A stretch of 64,000 bases of DNA, from NCBI GenBank assembly GCA_030141605.1, contig JAQGDQ010000260.1, positions 124,001 to 188,000 of the forward strand, in the 5' to 3' direction. The notes below the pieces were generated by a model. That model had not been told where the DNA came from. It saw only the letters and a list, made by a program, of their open reading frames with translations, and did not search any database. Positions within the stretch are counted from its first letter, which is position 1. Each line of letters begins with the position of its first letter. Below, in pieces: positions 1 to 11,795 of this stretch. The DNA is from Tubiluchus corallicola (taxonomy: Eukaryota > Animalia > Priapulida). The translations under genes and the position numbers were made by a program.

Positions 1-1028
1 AATCTCTTGAAAAACTAACGGGGTCAGATCACTCTAGAGAGCCTTGACGACCAGTCTACCAGATAGGGAAATCTTGCATTAAGAAAATCCATCATAGTTG
101 AAAATGTTATAGCATCATATTGAATATCAAAAAGATTCTTAATTTGTTCAGGACAATAAGCATTTGCTGTATTTTGCACGAGTTCATGAAAAACTGCTCC
201 CACTAAGCAGCAATTACATTATATTTGATAATTTTGGTAGGTTTCAACTCATCACACAATGGATTTTCATGCAAAATTATATATGAAATTCATTTGCTAT
301 ATTGAAAATCGATTTTTGACGAAAAAAAGAAAAAAGCTTTCAATAACTGCAGCGTTTGTACCGTAACAACGTACAGTATCATTTGTGTGAAATTGGCTAA
401 TGCTGAAAATTTCAATTATCCAGACACAATGCTCTGATACACTTTGGCCTCAAGTCTACTCCATTTTTAAGGAGAAATTCCTGTTAGAAGATGGTGGACC
501 TTTATTTGTCCTTGGCTGATCAATTGGTTTTTCTTGGAATAGCAGCAAAACACTGCACAGCTTGAGCTGTAGCAAATAGGCGATCAATTTATTAGTGTGT
601 ACAATCACGCAAGTGTACACCAGACTAATTAACTCAATAGACTAAGTTGGAGTGCCTGAAAAGAGCAGGTTCTTCGTAATTTTGTGCAATTAAATCACTT
701 TTAAATGTTTAAATAAATAGCATGATTGGATGCCAAGATTTTTGGGAATAGGACAATAACTAATTTGTAATAATTTAGTTATGTCTGTGCTCATAAAGTT
801 ACGGAAAAGTCATAGGTCTTGTAAGACCTATTTTGAATGGTGCAGTCTTGACGGAGTTAAAGATTGCTTTTGACACTTATCAGAGCTTTGAGGCACCCTG
901 TATTGCAATAGAGCAAATATCTCCAAAGCATTACTTGTGGTTGAATCTGGAGAAATCTAGTATATCGCCCAACAAGAACACCGGTGATTTTGTTGCCATA
1001 AAAATAACATTCTACGATTATTATTAAG

Positions 1029-4000
1029 GTACACGGGTCATGGAGTTGTGGTATATGCCCCGAGCAAGGTGAAAGGCGGTCGGGAACTACAGCTGCCCAG
1101 CATGAACCTGCTCACGAGCAAGTCGTCCAGTCAGGCATTCTTCCTGCGGATTCTCAAGGTCATTATACAACTCCGAGAAGCTGCCAGGGCGGCACTGAGG
1201 AAAAACCAGCATATAAGCAAATGTGAGTGATACGGTGTCAACATAGCAAGGGATAGGTTGTTCATATACTTTATATGGTAAAAGAGTATATGTGGCTGCA
1301 ATATGCGTATGAACTCATTTGGTCTTACATTGCCTTGTCATACTGTAGTTTATTATTATTGACCTTTGACCTCTCTATACACATTTGTGAGACTTTGTGC
1401 CACTGACAGCTGTTTTATTTGTATACTAACCACTTCGAAACATATTGAAATAGTTAGATGTGTTAAGGAGATGATTTATTAATAGATTTCAAACTCATCA
1501 TTTCAACTACTTAACGATCGTCATATTAAAGAGAGACACCTAAATTGAATACGTTACATAAATCAAACAAATTTATTGTGAGATCTGCATTTCATTTGCT
1601 GTGGCTAGTTTCATTTCTTTTATTTTATGACAAATATGTTTACCTATTGTTTCAAGCAATGTATTTCATTTAGATTTAAATTTGTGAATCACTTTCATTA
1701 GGTAGTTGAAATATTGAGCTTTTCGATTAATAAATCATCTTTTGTACCCATTTAACTTCTTAACAGCAGAACAAATGTTTTGTTTGGATTCACTAGGAGC
1801 AAACCAAACTATTTGATAGTTGCTTTGATTTGATTTAATGTCAAGTGTGAACATCTTGGCGAGTTACTCTTCACAATTCTCACAGCAAATGGAGAAGTGA
1901 GTTCAGTTCGCATTTATTGTTGGAGAGTAACTCGCGGCAAATTTTGCTCTTTAGTCTTGTGAGTTATTTGGTGAGTTCATCAGGTGAGAAAACTCGCTAG
2001 AATGAATGCGACGTTAGGGTTATTATTTTTACTGGCATATTTGTAGACCAATTCCCATGTGACTGTATTGGCACTGGGCTTTACATAGAGGCATTAGCAT
2101 TTATGAATCTGTGTCTTCCTGTAAACAACAAATCAAAAATTTGTCATGCATTTCTTATTATATACTGGCTGTTTAACTGGATTAACAACACATGTAGTTA
2201 TTAAATAATGTATCATAAGTAGGTTTCATTCTCTGTTACTTCTGGTAGTGAATAACAATTTTTAATGTGCAGATGTTAAAAATTAATGGAAATCCCATTG
2301 TAGTTGAAAAAGTTTTCTGTTTTTCTTTTCATTTTACTATTCTTTTGAATTAATGCCAATGTCATTACCTCAAGTTTTACGTAGCAGCAGAGTGCTTCTA
2401 CTACCCGAATAATTCTTATCGATTATCCTTCCACTCTTGTCATTTCTTTGGTAGTTCGTGTTTTGACATCAGTAGCTGAAATAATTTCAACAGTTAAACA
2501 TTTTCCACTTGATATGTTTTCGTGTAAGAGAAATGCAGAGAATAATGTAGTGGCGTAAAAAACAAAAGCAATATTCAGAATTGGTAAAGGTCAAATGTAT
2601 TTGTTATTTTAGTTCAAGCTAGCATGAATGCTCTGAATACTCTGACGGAAAGTGCAGCCGAGAATCAAAGTCAGCCGAGCGTTGGAGCTTCTCAACTGAT
2701 GGATGTAGATAACAACCAATCAGGTACGTTGTTACAAAACTCAGATTGTCCAGCAATGATCATGGAATTGATTACAAGTATAAGTTCTTTACAGTTTTCA
2801 CATTCTGTCGTCTGAATTCAAAATTTTTTTTTATCGAAGATACGTGAGTGGACAGTAGCGATGATACAGAATGTATTTGCAGAAAAATATTTGTAAACTG
2901 TAATGTTTTCATTGCCTCATATCCTGAATCTCCATTTCATGAGGATCATTTTGAAACCAAGCCATTGCTCTTTGCTATTTCTAAGCTGAGATAATCCACG
3001 TTGAAGTTGAGGTGCACGTGCACGCTACGCACTGAAAAACATAACTTTAAAAAAATCGCTGTTAAAATTTGCCATTGTTTTTGTCACGTTTCTGTAAAAT
3101 GCTTAGCTAGCAACCTCACAAATATTGGTTGCAATGGACTTTGCAAGAACACATCGAAGTTATATTTAAATCCAGTAGATGGCTGTTCCTGATGAAGGTC
3201 TGGGCTTGGTAACAGAAAAAACCCAAAATGACTGCTTCCACGAGCTACTATCGGAGTTTGAAAATACAAGCTTTTTACAATTGCAGTCCTAGTTTCTAGC
3301 CAGAGATGTGCGTACAAGATTATAAAATTGGATTTTTAATGTTTTTTTAACATTTTCTTGATATTTTGATGCTAGAATATAAAGGTCCAATATATTTAGC
3401 ATTTGTTTTCATAAAAAATTGGCATTCTACTGTGAAGCATCACACCGTAATTTTGACTAAGCCAACTTATGGACGGTTTTGATTTACAAGTGCACATTTA
3501 TTGATTTTTTTTCTTATTAATATGCTTACAATGTTTCACTGTATTTTAGCTCTCAGTGACCCTCAGCACGAAGGTTTGCTCAGTCGTTTAAGTGAGCAGC
3601 TGGTTCTCGATTCTCTGTGGGAAACGATAAGCGAGTGCCTTCGTGAACTGGAAGGTAGTCCAGATCATCACGCTGTACTGGTACTGCAGCCGGCCGTGGA
3701 GGCCTTCTTCCTCGTGCACGCCTCAGAAAAAGAGCGAAAACCTCGAGAGACCGCTCAGCAGTTACGGGAGAATCAACTTGCTCACATTCACGTTAGTAGA
3801 AGTCGAAAATTTTGAATTAGCAAAAATTTGACATCTAGAAAAGCAGTTACTACTAATAGAAGTTCATTTTTCTTTATTTCTCATTTTGCTTGATTTTTTC
3901 AGATGGAGATGGCGCCACCATCGCCTGCTATGGCCGGCAGTTCGGAGGCCCCTGCCATTCTTTCTCGTGACACTTCCATGCAGTCCATTTCTGGTGCTGT

Positions 4001-7000
4001 ACCTCCGGATCAACAGAAATTCATCAAATTTGCTGGTGAGTGATCGTTCCAAAACAAAGCTTTACCGATGAGATGATAAATTGATTTTCATTGCATCTGT
4101 TTATTACCGTATGGCTTTTTTTCCCAACTAATGTATCCCATAAACATTCCATGACACATGCATATTCTTGCCTGTCAGTGCCGTTCGTTTCTTCACAGAG
4201 ATTTTCTTTTTGCTTAAGGAGACATTCAAGCATTGAGTAGAGGTTGTAGGGTTTTTGTATTCAGTGTGTATTTTTTGGGCTTGCATTATGGGGTACGCAT
4301 ACGCATCCCGAGTTTAAGTCTGACTGTCTATACGTTATCAACCAACATTGTTGTTCTGTGTTAGTAAAATATATATGGCATCTCAGTGTTGTTGTGTTCG
4401 TTAAGAGCCAGTTGAATGTGTCTGATGTTATGTGATTGTATTAGAAACTGTAGACGAAAATAAGTGAATGTGTCGTTTTTCCACTGTCAATATATCACAG
4501 AACTTGAAATTAAAGAGAAATATTTGTGTTTTAAAAATTTAGTTAAATTATTTCCATTAATTTGTTTGTTGTTTTCTTTGATTTTGTGATAGCAAGATTA
4601 CAGCTGCTATGTGCAAAGAATGCGAATAAAACACTGAATAAGATGATTTTTACTTTCACAATCTGATTACTTTTTGGAAATCTGGAAATTCCATAACGAA
4701 AGTGTATTGTAACGTATATTGTACACAGATTTACTGTAACCAAGCTTGATCAAAATTAACTTGAAAAACTTAGCGGAAACCGAATCAGTACACTGCGGAA
4801 CTGTAACATTTGCAAACGTACGTACCGTTACTGGAACTAACTTGATGTGTCCAGTAAATAAAATCAAAAATGACAGGACTTCGAGTCGGTATTGGTATTT
4901 GAATGTGTGATTATGTTACTTCCAGAGCTAATGCACTACTCAAGCCAATAATATTCCATAATGCTCTACTAACGCTCCTGACAGTATCCCACAATGTAGC
5001 TACACGATTGTCTTATTTGCAGAAACTCATCGGACAGTTCTCAACCAGATCCTCCGTCAGTCAACGATGCACTTGTCCGATGGACCGTTCAGTGTCCTGG
5101 TCGACCACACTCGCGTCCTGGACTTCGACGTGAAGCGGCGCTACTTCAGACAGGAATTGGAGCGGTTAGACGAAGGAACGCGGAGAGAGGATCTGGCAGT
5201 TCATGTGCGAAGAGAGTTTGTGTTTGAGGACTCGTTCCGGGAGTTGCATAGGAGAACACCAGATGAATGGAAGAATCGGTTTTACATTGTCTTTGAAGGT
5301 ACTTTCTTCTGTCGTATCTCTGCCACTATCTATAATATACTTACTTAACAACAAAAGGACTCTTGCGAGATTATTATTCGGTTTTCCCCCTCACACATTG
5401 TTTAAATTGTTGATAAATGTTTCCTATTTCCATGGCTTTGTTTAAATATTGAATTATTACGTTTTGAAAACTTTTTGGCAGATGTCTTCTAAAATACTAT
5501 CTAAAACGTTTCTGTAGTCTAAGCAGAGTAGTTGCAGTTCCCAAGTCATGTCTCTCAAACCAGAAACATGCTGCATGTTTGGGTGAAATTTCTAAAGTGG
5601 TTATCGTGCGTGCTTAGTGGTTAAGTTAAGCAGCAATGAGCCTAGTCAGTAAAAATGTATAGTTGACTGCCAAACATCTATAAGAACATTTCGAAATTTT
5701 GGAAAAAAACATGCTGCAAACAAAGACCTACTGAATGTCAATCGTGGAAGATTATAAAGTGTTTTTTTCTAAGGTATGTTAATTATCAAGGACATCTTTT
5801 GTTTGTTTACAGGTGAAGAGGGACAAGATGCGGGGGGACTTCTTCGGGAATGGTACGCCATTATTTCTCGCGAAATTTTCAATCCCAACTATGCGCTGTT
5901 CACTACATCTCCAGGTGACCGGGTTACTTACATGCCAAACCCGTCATCCAACTGTAACCATAACCACCTGGATTACTTCAAATTTGTCGGCCGGATAATC
6001 GCCAAGGCCATCTTCGACAACAAGCTGCTGGATTGTTACTTTACACGCTCTTTCTATAAACACATTCTAGGAAAGCTGGTTAAGTAAGTATTGATTTTTT
6101 TGTTATTACTGTCTAACATAGAACTTGGTGTCAAGTGATGCATTAGCTTGGGCATGATTTCCTGTCCGGAGTCTTTAGATGCCATGCTTAAGAGAACACT
6201 TGTGTTACCAGTGTGGTTACAAGTTTGACTCTTGTTGACTTTGACGTACAAGGAAAGCCTGTGAGCACCCGGGAAGTTCTAATCCTGTTTACCTTTGACT
6301 AACATCATCTAGCGTTCTCTAAAAGTTTGCATATGCTGATATCCAGAATTACGACTAATTTTTATTATATATGTGGTTGCAGTATCAGTTTTACAATCAG
6401 TTTTGTCTGTTTACGAAATAGTTGGATTATTTGTGGCATTTAATTTATGCGGCTATGTTGCCAATTTCAGGTCCCGATGCCACACAGCTTTAATACATGT
6501 AATTATGATTAAGTTACATTTAGTTTTTACAGGAATGCACAAATCTGTAATTGTAAGAATGTTCGTATGTTGGCCAAATAAACAAACCTTGAAATCTGAT
6601 GTCTGAGTTCATATAACCTGGCCGTTTTACGAATTTTGTAATCATTTACTGATAGTCAATTTTCTGCCTCTTGTTAAATCTGTGCAAAGTGCACAGTCCT
6701 TCACTGCCAATATTGCTGTCACTAGCAAAATGTAATAATAATAAATAATTTAATATTCATTTAGCCATGTAGCCACATGTGAAATCTTTTGCAGGTACAC
6801 TGACATGGAGAGTGAAGATTATTCATTCTATCAAGGGCTTGAGTTTCTCATGGAACATCAAGTAATCGACCTCGGTTATGAACTTACCTTCAGTACGGAG
6901 GTTCAAGAGTTTGGTGTGACGGAGATTCGTGATCTCATTCCAGACGGGCGCAACAAAACCGTACATGAAGGAAACAAGTTCGAATACGTCCGTCTGGTCT

Positions 7001-10000
7001 GTCAGGTAGCTGTCACTGTTTCTATTTAATTTGTTGATGTCGTTTTGCTCTTTTCAAATGATGCGCTTCCTAGATGTGTCATAAATCTTCATAAATGCGT
7101 AAGCTGTTGGTGTTTACGGCTGCCAATAGAAATCATATAAAATCGCAGCGTTTTTACAGTTTCAGGAATCTAGAGTCAGGATATTTTCCGTAGAAAAATA
7201 ACTGCATCATTTTTTCTACTTCATTTTTTTCCTTAGGAAGTAAACTACTAGCATACATTAACAATTTTACTGGTAAACAGTTTAACAGTTTGTTTTGAAT
7301 GAAGTAGATCGTCTCTTTATTTGATTTATCAAATAATTAATTTATTAATTTTAGATGAAGATGACGGGTGCCATTAGGCAGCAACTTAATGCATTCCTCG
7401 AAGGGTTCTACGATATTATTCCCAAAATGCTGATTTCTATTTTCAACGAGCAAGAGCTGGAGCTGCTGATTTCTGGACTGCCGACTGTTGATATTGATGA
7501 TTTGAAGGCTAACACAGAATACCACAAGTACCAGTCTAGCTCTCTGCAGGTATGTATTTTTAAAATATATGCTGACTTTTCATGTGAGTTAAATATTGCA
7601 CTGTATGGATTCGGCAGGAGGTGTGCACTTACTACAGTATTCCTCATTTTCTCTGGTTTTTATGTTTGTATGTATTTGCTATAACAGCCTATAATCATTA
7701 CCATTTTTGCTGGGAGGAATCACAACAAATACCCTGGTTACTGCAACGCGGTCACAAAAATACATGTGCTTTAAGCAATGGCTTTAGTATACTTACAAAT
7801 TAAAAACAAAGCAGTGATTGACTAACACTGACACTCGTCAGGGTGTGTGTATGTGACTTCAGACAGCTTTGCTTGGTTGGGCCAGTAGCTCAAATGGTAA
7901 AGCAATTTGCCATGTAAGCAGGGATGTTCTGGGTTCGCATCCTGTGTTGGTTAAAAATTTTTCAGTGCCTTCTCTTTTGGTTAATTATTATGGTAATTGT
8001 TGTAAGCATGATACCTTTCTTAACGTGTGTTAAATACTATACGATCATTGCAGCATTGAACTATCAACAAGGTTCATTACTTTTAGAGTTGAATTATAAG
8101 ATAAGGGATTGAATGTCATCTGTTTTCTTCTCACGAAATTGACAGATTTTGTTGTTGAAAATAATTTTGTTTATTGTTATTTCATAGCGTCTGATCTTTT
8201 AATGTTTATGATCTAATTCTCTTTCTGTCTCTGTCTAACCAATATGTCACATGAGTAACAATAATATAAGAGAATATCATCTATGCTTTGTGTTTTAAAG
8301 TGTAAACATAATTTGTATGGTTTTTATGCAATTTCGTTCCAGTAAGTACAATAAGTTCTGATTGAGAAGTTATACTGAACAGATTTGGGAATTTGCAAAC
8401 TGAATGTGGCTCCTGTTATGCCTGCAGGTCAACAATGCAGTGAAATTGTGTAATCACTTTAGCATTAAGAGTCCTGCCATTTACTGATAATTCCTTAGTG
8501 AATGTGAAAACTTGTTATGTGATTTAATCTCTTTTATTTTTATAACGTGCTGTAGACAAAAATATTTTATGGTGACAAATTAAAATAAGTAAGTGCTTCG
8601 TCATTCATTTTATCCATTTTGTCTAACATTTTAAAGATTAGTATCCATATAACAAAATCATGCCTAAATGTTCTCAAGTTTCTTGTGCGCAGTTATACAA
8701 AAGCTGGTTCACAATGTCGAGCATACAATGATTTCATTTCTTGAAATAAAGTTTGAAATCGAAACATTTCAATCTTGCATCATAGCTACTTATGTAACAC
8801 TCATATCTCATAAACCTCATATATAACAATTAAATTTGAAATGTGCTTGTAATAGTATCACCGGAAAAACAGGGTCGATCTGTACATGTGTTTACTGTTT
8901 TAGTTATCAGAATTGAGGAAAAGTAAACGACAAATCAAAAAATACAGATTTCGTAACTTCTTACATCCACCCGTTTATCGTAACAGCTCTACTAGCAAAG
9001 TAAAGTGGCTCACTGTTTCTTCTACTGGCATTTTTACCCGAACTTACGCATATTTTTTTAACAACAATGCCATGTGAATGATTGCTTTCATTAGTCCTGC
9101 TGTTTGTTTCTTGTGTGACCTGCATTGATGTTTGTTCCTGTCCTCTAGTAGTTGACAGAGGAATCACATTGGCTTTGTCTTTGATAGAGGAATCACACAA
9201 AATTGTTTGCCGCACTTTCTGTTTTATCAGCGGTATTCTTGTCATGAAAATGATCGGATTCACCAGTGAATTCAGTCTGAACACCATATCCAACATAGGG
9301 ATTATTTTATACGCTTCAAGTGTCATACCAGTTACCGTTACACTAATTACCACATAAATGTATAAAGGCAACCAGAGTAACACATAAGTGCTTGACACTA
9401 GAATGATAGTTTTCAAGGCTTTGCTGTTGGTTCCCATTGTACTGTTCTTTGACAGCTTTGCTTTCGTATGACTGTTCTTTTTTACGGCAGCGTAAATGCC
9501 CACGTATAGGATTGTTGAGATTAACACTGCAATGGAGAATAATGTTGTTGTTATGACTGTAAATACGGGTAAAAATGGTCCACTTAGGCAAATGAAGGTC
9601 TTGAAAAATTCATTTATGTTGCCTGATCGACTGGCTTTGTTGAAATCCGTGACGGCCGGTATCAAAGCATAAATGAATGACAAGATAGCAATGGTGCAGC
9701 CACATGCAACGACTTTTTTTGTGGTTAGTCCTTTTGAAAGTGGATAAATTATCCTTATGTATCGATCCAGTGATAGAAGCACTATGGCGTATGATGAGTC
9801 GATAAAGCCGAACAAATGGCATACGGCACTCATCCAACACCAGGTTGCTTTATCTGTTAGAATATCGTAATTCATATCAATTCCAAGAATAAAGAATTTA
9901 AGAATACAGAATACTCCACTGAAAGCATCTCCCACGGCTACGAAAGCCACTGCCGCCATTGAAGCGCTTGTTCTCTTCATGGTTAATACGGCAATGATAA

Positions 10001-11795
10001 CGGCTCCGTTGCAACAGAGAATGCAGCATCCCAGGACAAAGCAAAATGCAAAAATCATCCTGTAATGTAACCGCAGCTGTAGATCAAAATAAAAAGGCTC
10101 CGCTTTAGTGTGATTTCTGTCTGCAAGAAGAGCTATGAGTGACTTATTACCTGCTTCCATTCTTATACTCTGCCACTTTTTCGGAGGTCGTGTTCTGCGA
10201 AACAGCGACGTTGAAATGAGGTTTACGTGCAGGAGGTGCTCGCGTGTTTTATGACGTCTTTTCACATCTCAGTGTTCAGGCGCATGGGAAATTCCCTCTG
10301 CTCTTTGTTGCGCCTTTTCTGTAACAACAATCTTTTGTTGCCTTGCGTAATGTTAGCACTTTTGACGTACAAGAAGAGATTGTTTTAGTAATCATAAAAT
10401 GTAACAATTTCCGATCAAAGCTATCGATTTCAAAGCCATTTTGAATTCCTCTGTGCGAGCTGCCCTTTTGAATGTCCTTCAGAAAATAAGTAATATAGAT
10501 GAAGTATATTGTGAGCCATTGACTGTAAGTGAATTAAATAACATGAAAAAGGACTATTGAGAGGATTGAAAGAAACCTTCACATTCAACATATTGTAAAG
10601 CGTTTCGTGTAGGAAGAAAAAGTTCCCAATAGTTTGTACTGACAATATTGTTAATAATATTGCTAATATCTATCATTAATAATTACAAACAATTAAAATG
10701 GCTCTATCAACAAAGTGCAAAATGCAATTTTGATGTTTATTTGGTAATTTTCTGTGTTTCAGGTTCAGTGGTTCTGGCGAGCGTTACGATCGTTCGATCA
10801 AGCAGACAGAGCCAAATTTCTACAATTTGTTACGGGAACATCAAAGGTCCCGCTTCAAGGCTTTGCCTCTTTGGAAGGAATGAATGGAGCTCAGAAATTC
10901 CAGATACACCGGGACGACCGTTCCACAGATCGTTTGCCTTCAGCGCATACGTGGTACGTCTGTCATTCTGAACATGTAGTTTGTTGACTAATTTAGGATA
11001 TCTACTAGCAATTACATGAAATTATTAATTAATAAATTTAAACTTTGGCAAACAGTAGTGGTAATGGATTAAAAATAGCTCTAAGGTCTAGTTAGTACTG
11101 ACTGGATTTAATTGTTGGTTTTTACATGGAATGAAATTTCGTAGACATAATGTATTGCAATGTAAAAATAGTATGTATTAAATTACTTACATTGTTTTAT
11201 CATGCGTGTTTACTTTATTAACATGGTGTAAAGCTGAAGCAAATAAGTTTATTATTAGTATTCAGCTAGTGACATAGATCTCAAAGTGGAAGTGATCTTT
11301 CATACTAGCAGCATGCTTTCTTCTCACATGGGGTTTGTGCAAGTGCAACGATGCTTACTGCACATGTGTGAACTGAGTATGTTCAAATAATAATAATAAT
11401 AATAATTTTGTTTAGGACATAGTCCAGGGAGAACACCATAAGTAACTCAATACTTATTTCCAAGTGGTCCCGATTATTATTACCCGCATGTTATTTCGAT
11501 AAATCCGTGTGCTTGGTCGAACAACCTGCAGTACCATTTTTTTAAGTCTTTGGTTATGACTTAGTCGGGAGTTGAACTGGCGATCACTGGGGTGGGAAGC
11601 GAGCACGCTATCATTGAGCTACGCCACCCGGTAGCAATGTACAAATGCTAATTTGTAAAACAGTGACTAAGTTACTTTTTCTTTTTTTTCAGCTTCAACC
11701 AGCTGGATTTACCGGCATACGAGACATACGACAAACTGCGAACAATGTTACTAAAAGCAGTGCAGGAGTGCTCAGAAGGATTCGGACTGGCGTAA
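1029..11795 (+). CDS. HUWE1: E3 ubiquitin ligase HUWE1, 3' part (5' part lies upstream of the window), including the complete HECT domain
   Basis: Exons with GT-AG borders and consistent phase: 1029-1222, 2613-2723, 3550-3791, 3903-4035, 5023-5298, 5813-6083, 6795-7005, 7355-7549, 10763-10953, 11693-11795 (TAA). Peptides [59 protein letters not shown] and [16 protein letters not shown]...ECSEGFGLA* match HUWE1. The catalytic Cys codon is split by the last intron. Confidence 0.97.
1859..1935. repeat. Inverted repeat/hairpin, probably an internal remnant of a small DNA transposon
   Basis: GCGAGTTACTCT (1859-1870) is the exact reverse complement of AGAGTAACTCGC (1924-1935), with related GTGAGTT motifs nearby. 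Confidence 0.45.
5623..5671 (+). pseudogene. Possible degenerate 5S rRNA-derived fragment
   Basis: AAGTTAAGCAGCAATGAGCCTAGTCAGTA...TTGACTGCC resembles the 5S internal control region (AAGYTAAGCAG...GGGCCTGGTTAGTA...GGTGACCGCC). Short and diverged; compared from memory. Confidence 0.25.
6147..6253 (+). ncRNA. Candidate intronic box H/ACA RNA (unverified)
   Basis: Hairpin CTTGGGCATG/CATGCTTAAG, then AGAACA (ANANNA, 6193-6198), a second hairpin GTGTTA...GGTTACAAG/CTTGTTGACT...TGACGT, then ACA (6248-6250). Sense to HUWE1. No target identified. Confidence 0.3.
7879..7953 (+). pseudogene. Degenerate tRNA-like sequence (TGT anticodon, Thr-like); tRNA pseudogene or SINE head
   Basis: A-box-like TAGCTCAAATGGTA, anticodon arm TTTGC-CATGTAA-GCAGG and B-box-like GGTTCGCATCC. 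Stems are imperfect and A58 is replaced by C, so it is unlikely to be a functional tRNA. Confidence 0.55.
8961..10160 (-). CDS. Intronless rhodopsin-like (class A) GPCR, orphan, nested antisense in a HUWE1 intron
   Basis: Uninterrupted ORF of 399 aa from the ATG at 10160 (the track extends it to a non-ATG start at 10265). It has seven hydrophobic segments, N-terminal N-glycosylation sequons (NKS, NHT), TM1 Asn, TM2 VAVGD, TM3 Cys and LDRY, TM6 LWLP and TM7 NSLVNPIIF. Confidence 0.92.
   Translation of the reverse strand: MEAGNKSLIALLADRNHTKAEPFYFDLQLRLHYRMIFAFCFVLGCCILCCNGAVIIAVLTMKRTSASMAAVAFVAVGDAFSGVFCILKFFILGIDMNYDILTDKATWCWMSAVCHLFGFIDSSYAIVLLSLDRYIRIIYPLSKGLTTKKVVACGCTIAILSFIYALIPAVTDFNKASRSGNINEFFKTFICLSGPFLPVFTVITTTLFSIAVLISTILYVGIYAAVKKNSHTKAKLSKNSTMGTNSKALKTIILVSSTYVLLWLPLYIYVVISVTVTGMTLEAYKIIPMLDMVFRLNSLVNPIIFMTRIPLIKQKVRQTILCDSSIKDKANVIPLSTTRGQEQTSMQVTQETNSRTNESNHSHGIVVKKICVSSGKNASRRNSEPLYFASRAVTINGWM
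11386..11631 (-). mobile_element. tRNA-derived SINE, MetaSINE-like, with LINE-like tail and (TTA)n end
   Basis: The minus strand reads a tRNA-like head (GGTGGCGTAGCTCAATGATAG...GTTCAACTCCC), a core GTCATAACCAAAGACTTAAAAAAATGGTAC (11531-11560) resembling the Meta domain as I recall it, a tail GGACCACTTGGAAATAAG and (TTA)n. Confidence 0.6.

Noticed and set aside
2385-2450. Possible 66-nt frame-preserving cassette exon in HUWE1
   Set aside because: The donor is weak (GTAGTT) and the peptide does not resemble HUWE1; it cannot be supported without RNA data.
4234-4345. let-7-like sequence TGAGTAGAGGTTGTAGGGTT in a HUWE1 intron (vertebrate HUWE1 hosts let-7f-2/miR-98)
   Set aside because: It needs two deletions including one in the seed, no well-paired star arm lies at hairpin distance, and the intron is probably not the one hosting the vertebrate miRNAs.
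10161-10265. 35-residue N-terminal extension of the GPCR in the ORF track
   Set aside because: It starts at a non-ATG codon. The ATG at 10160, followed by glycosylation sequons, is the plausible start unless an upstream exon exists.
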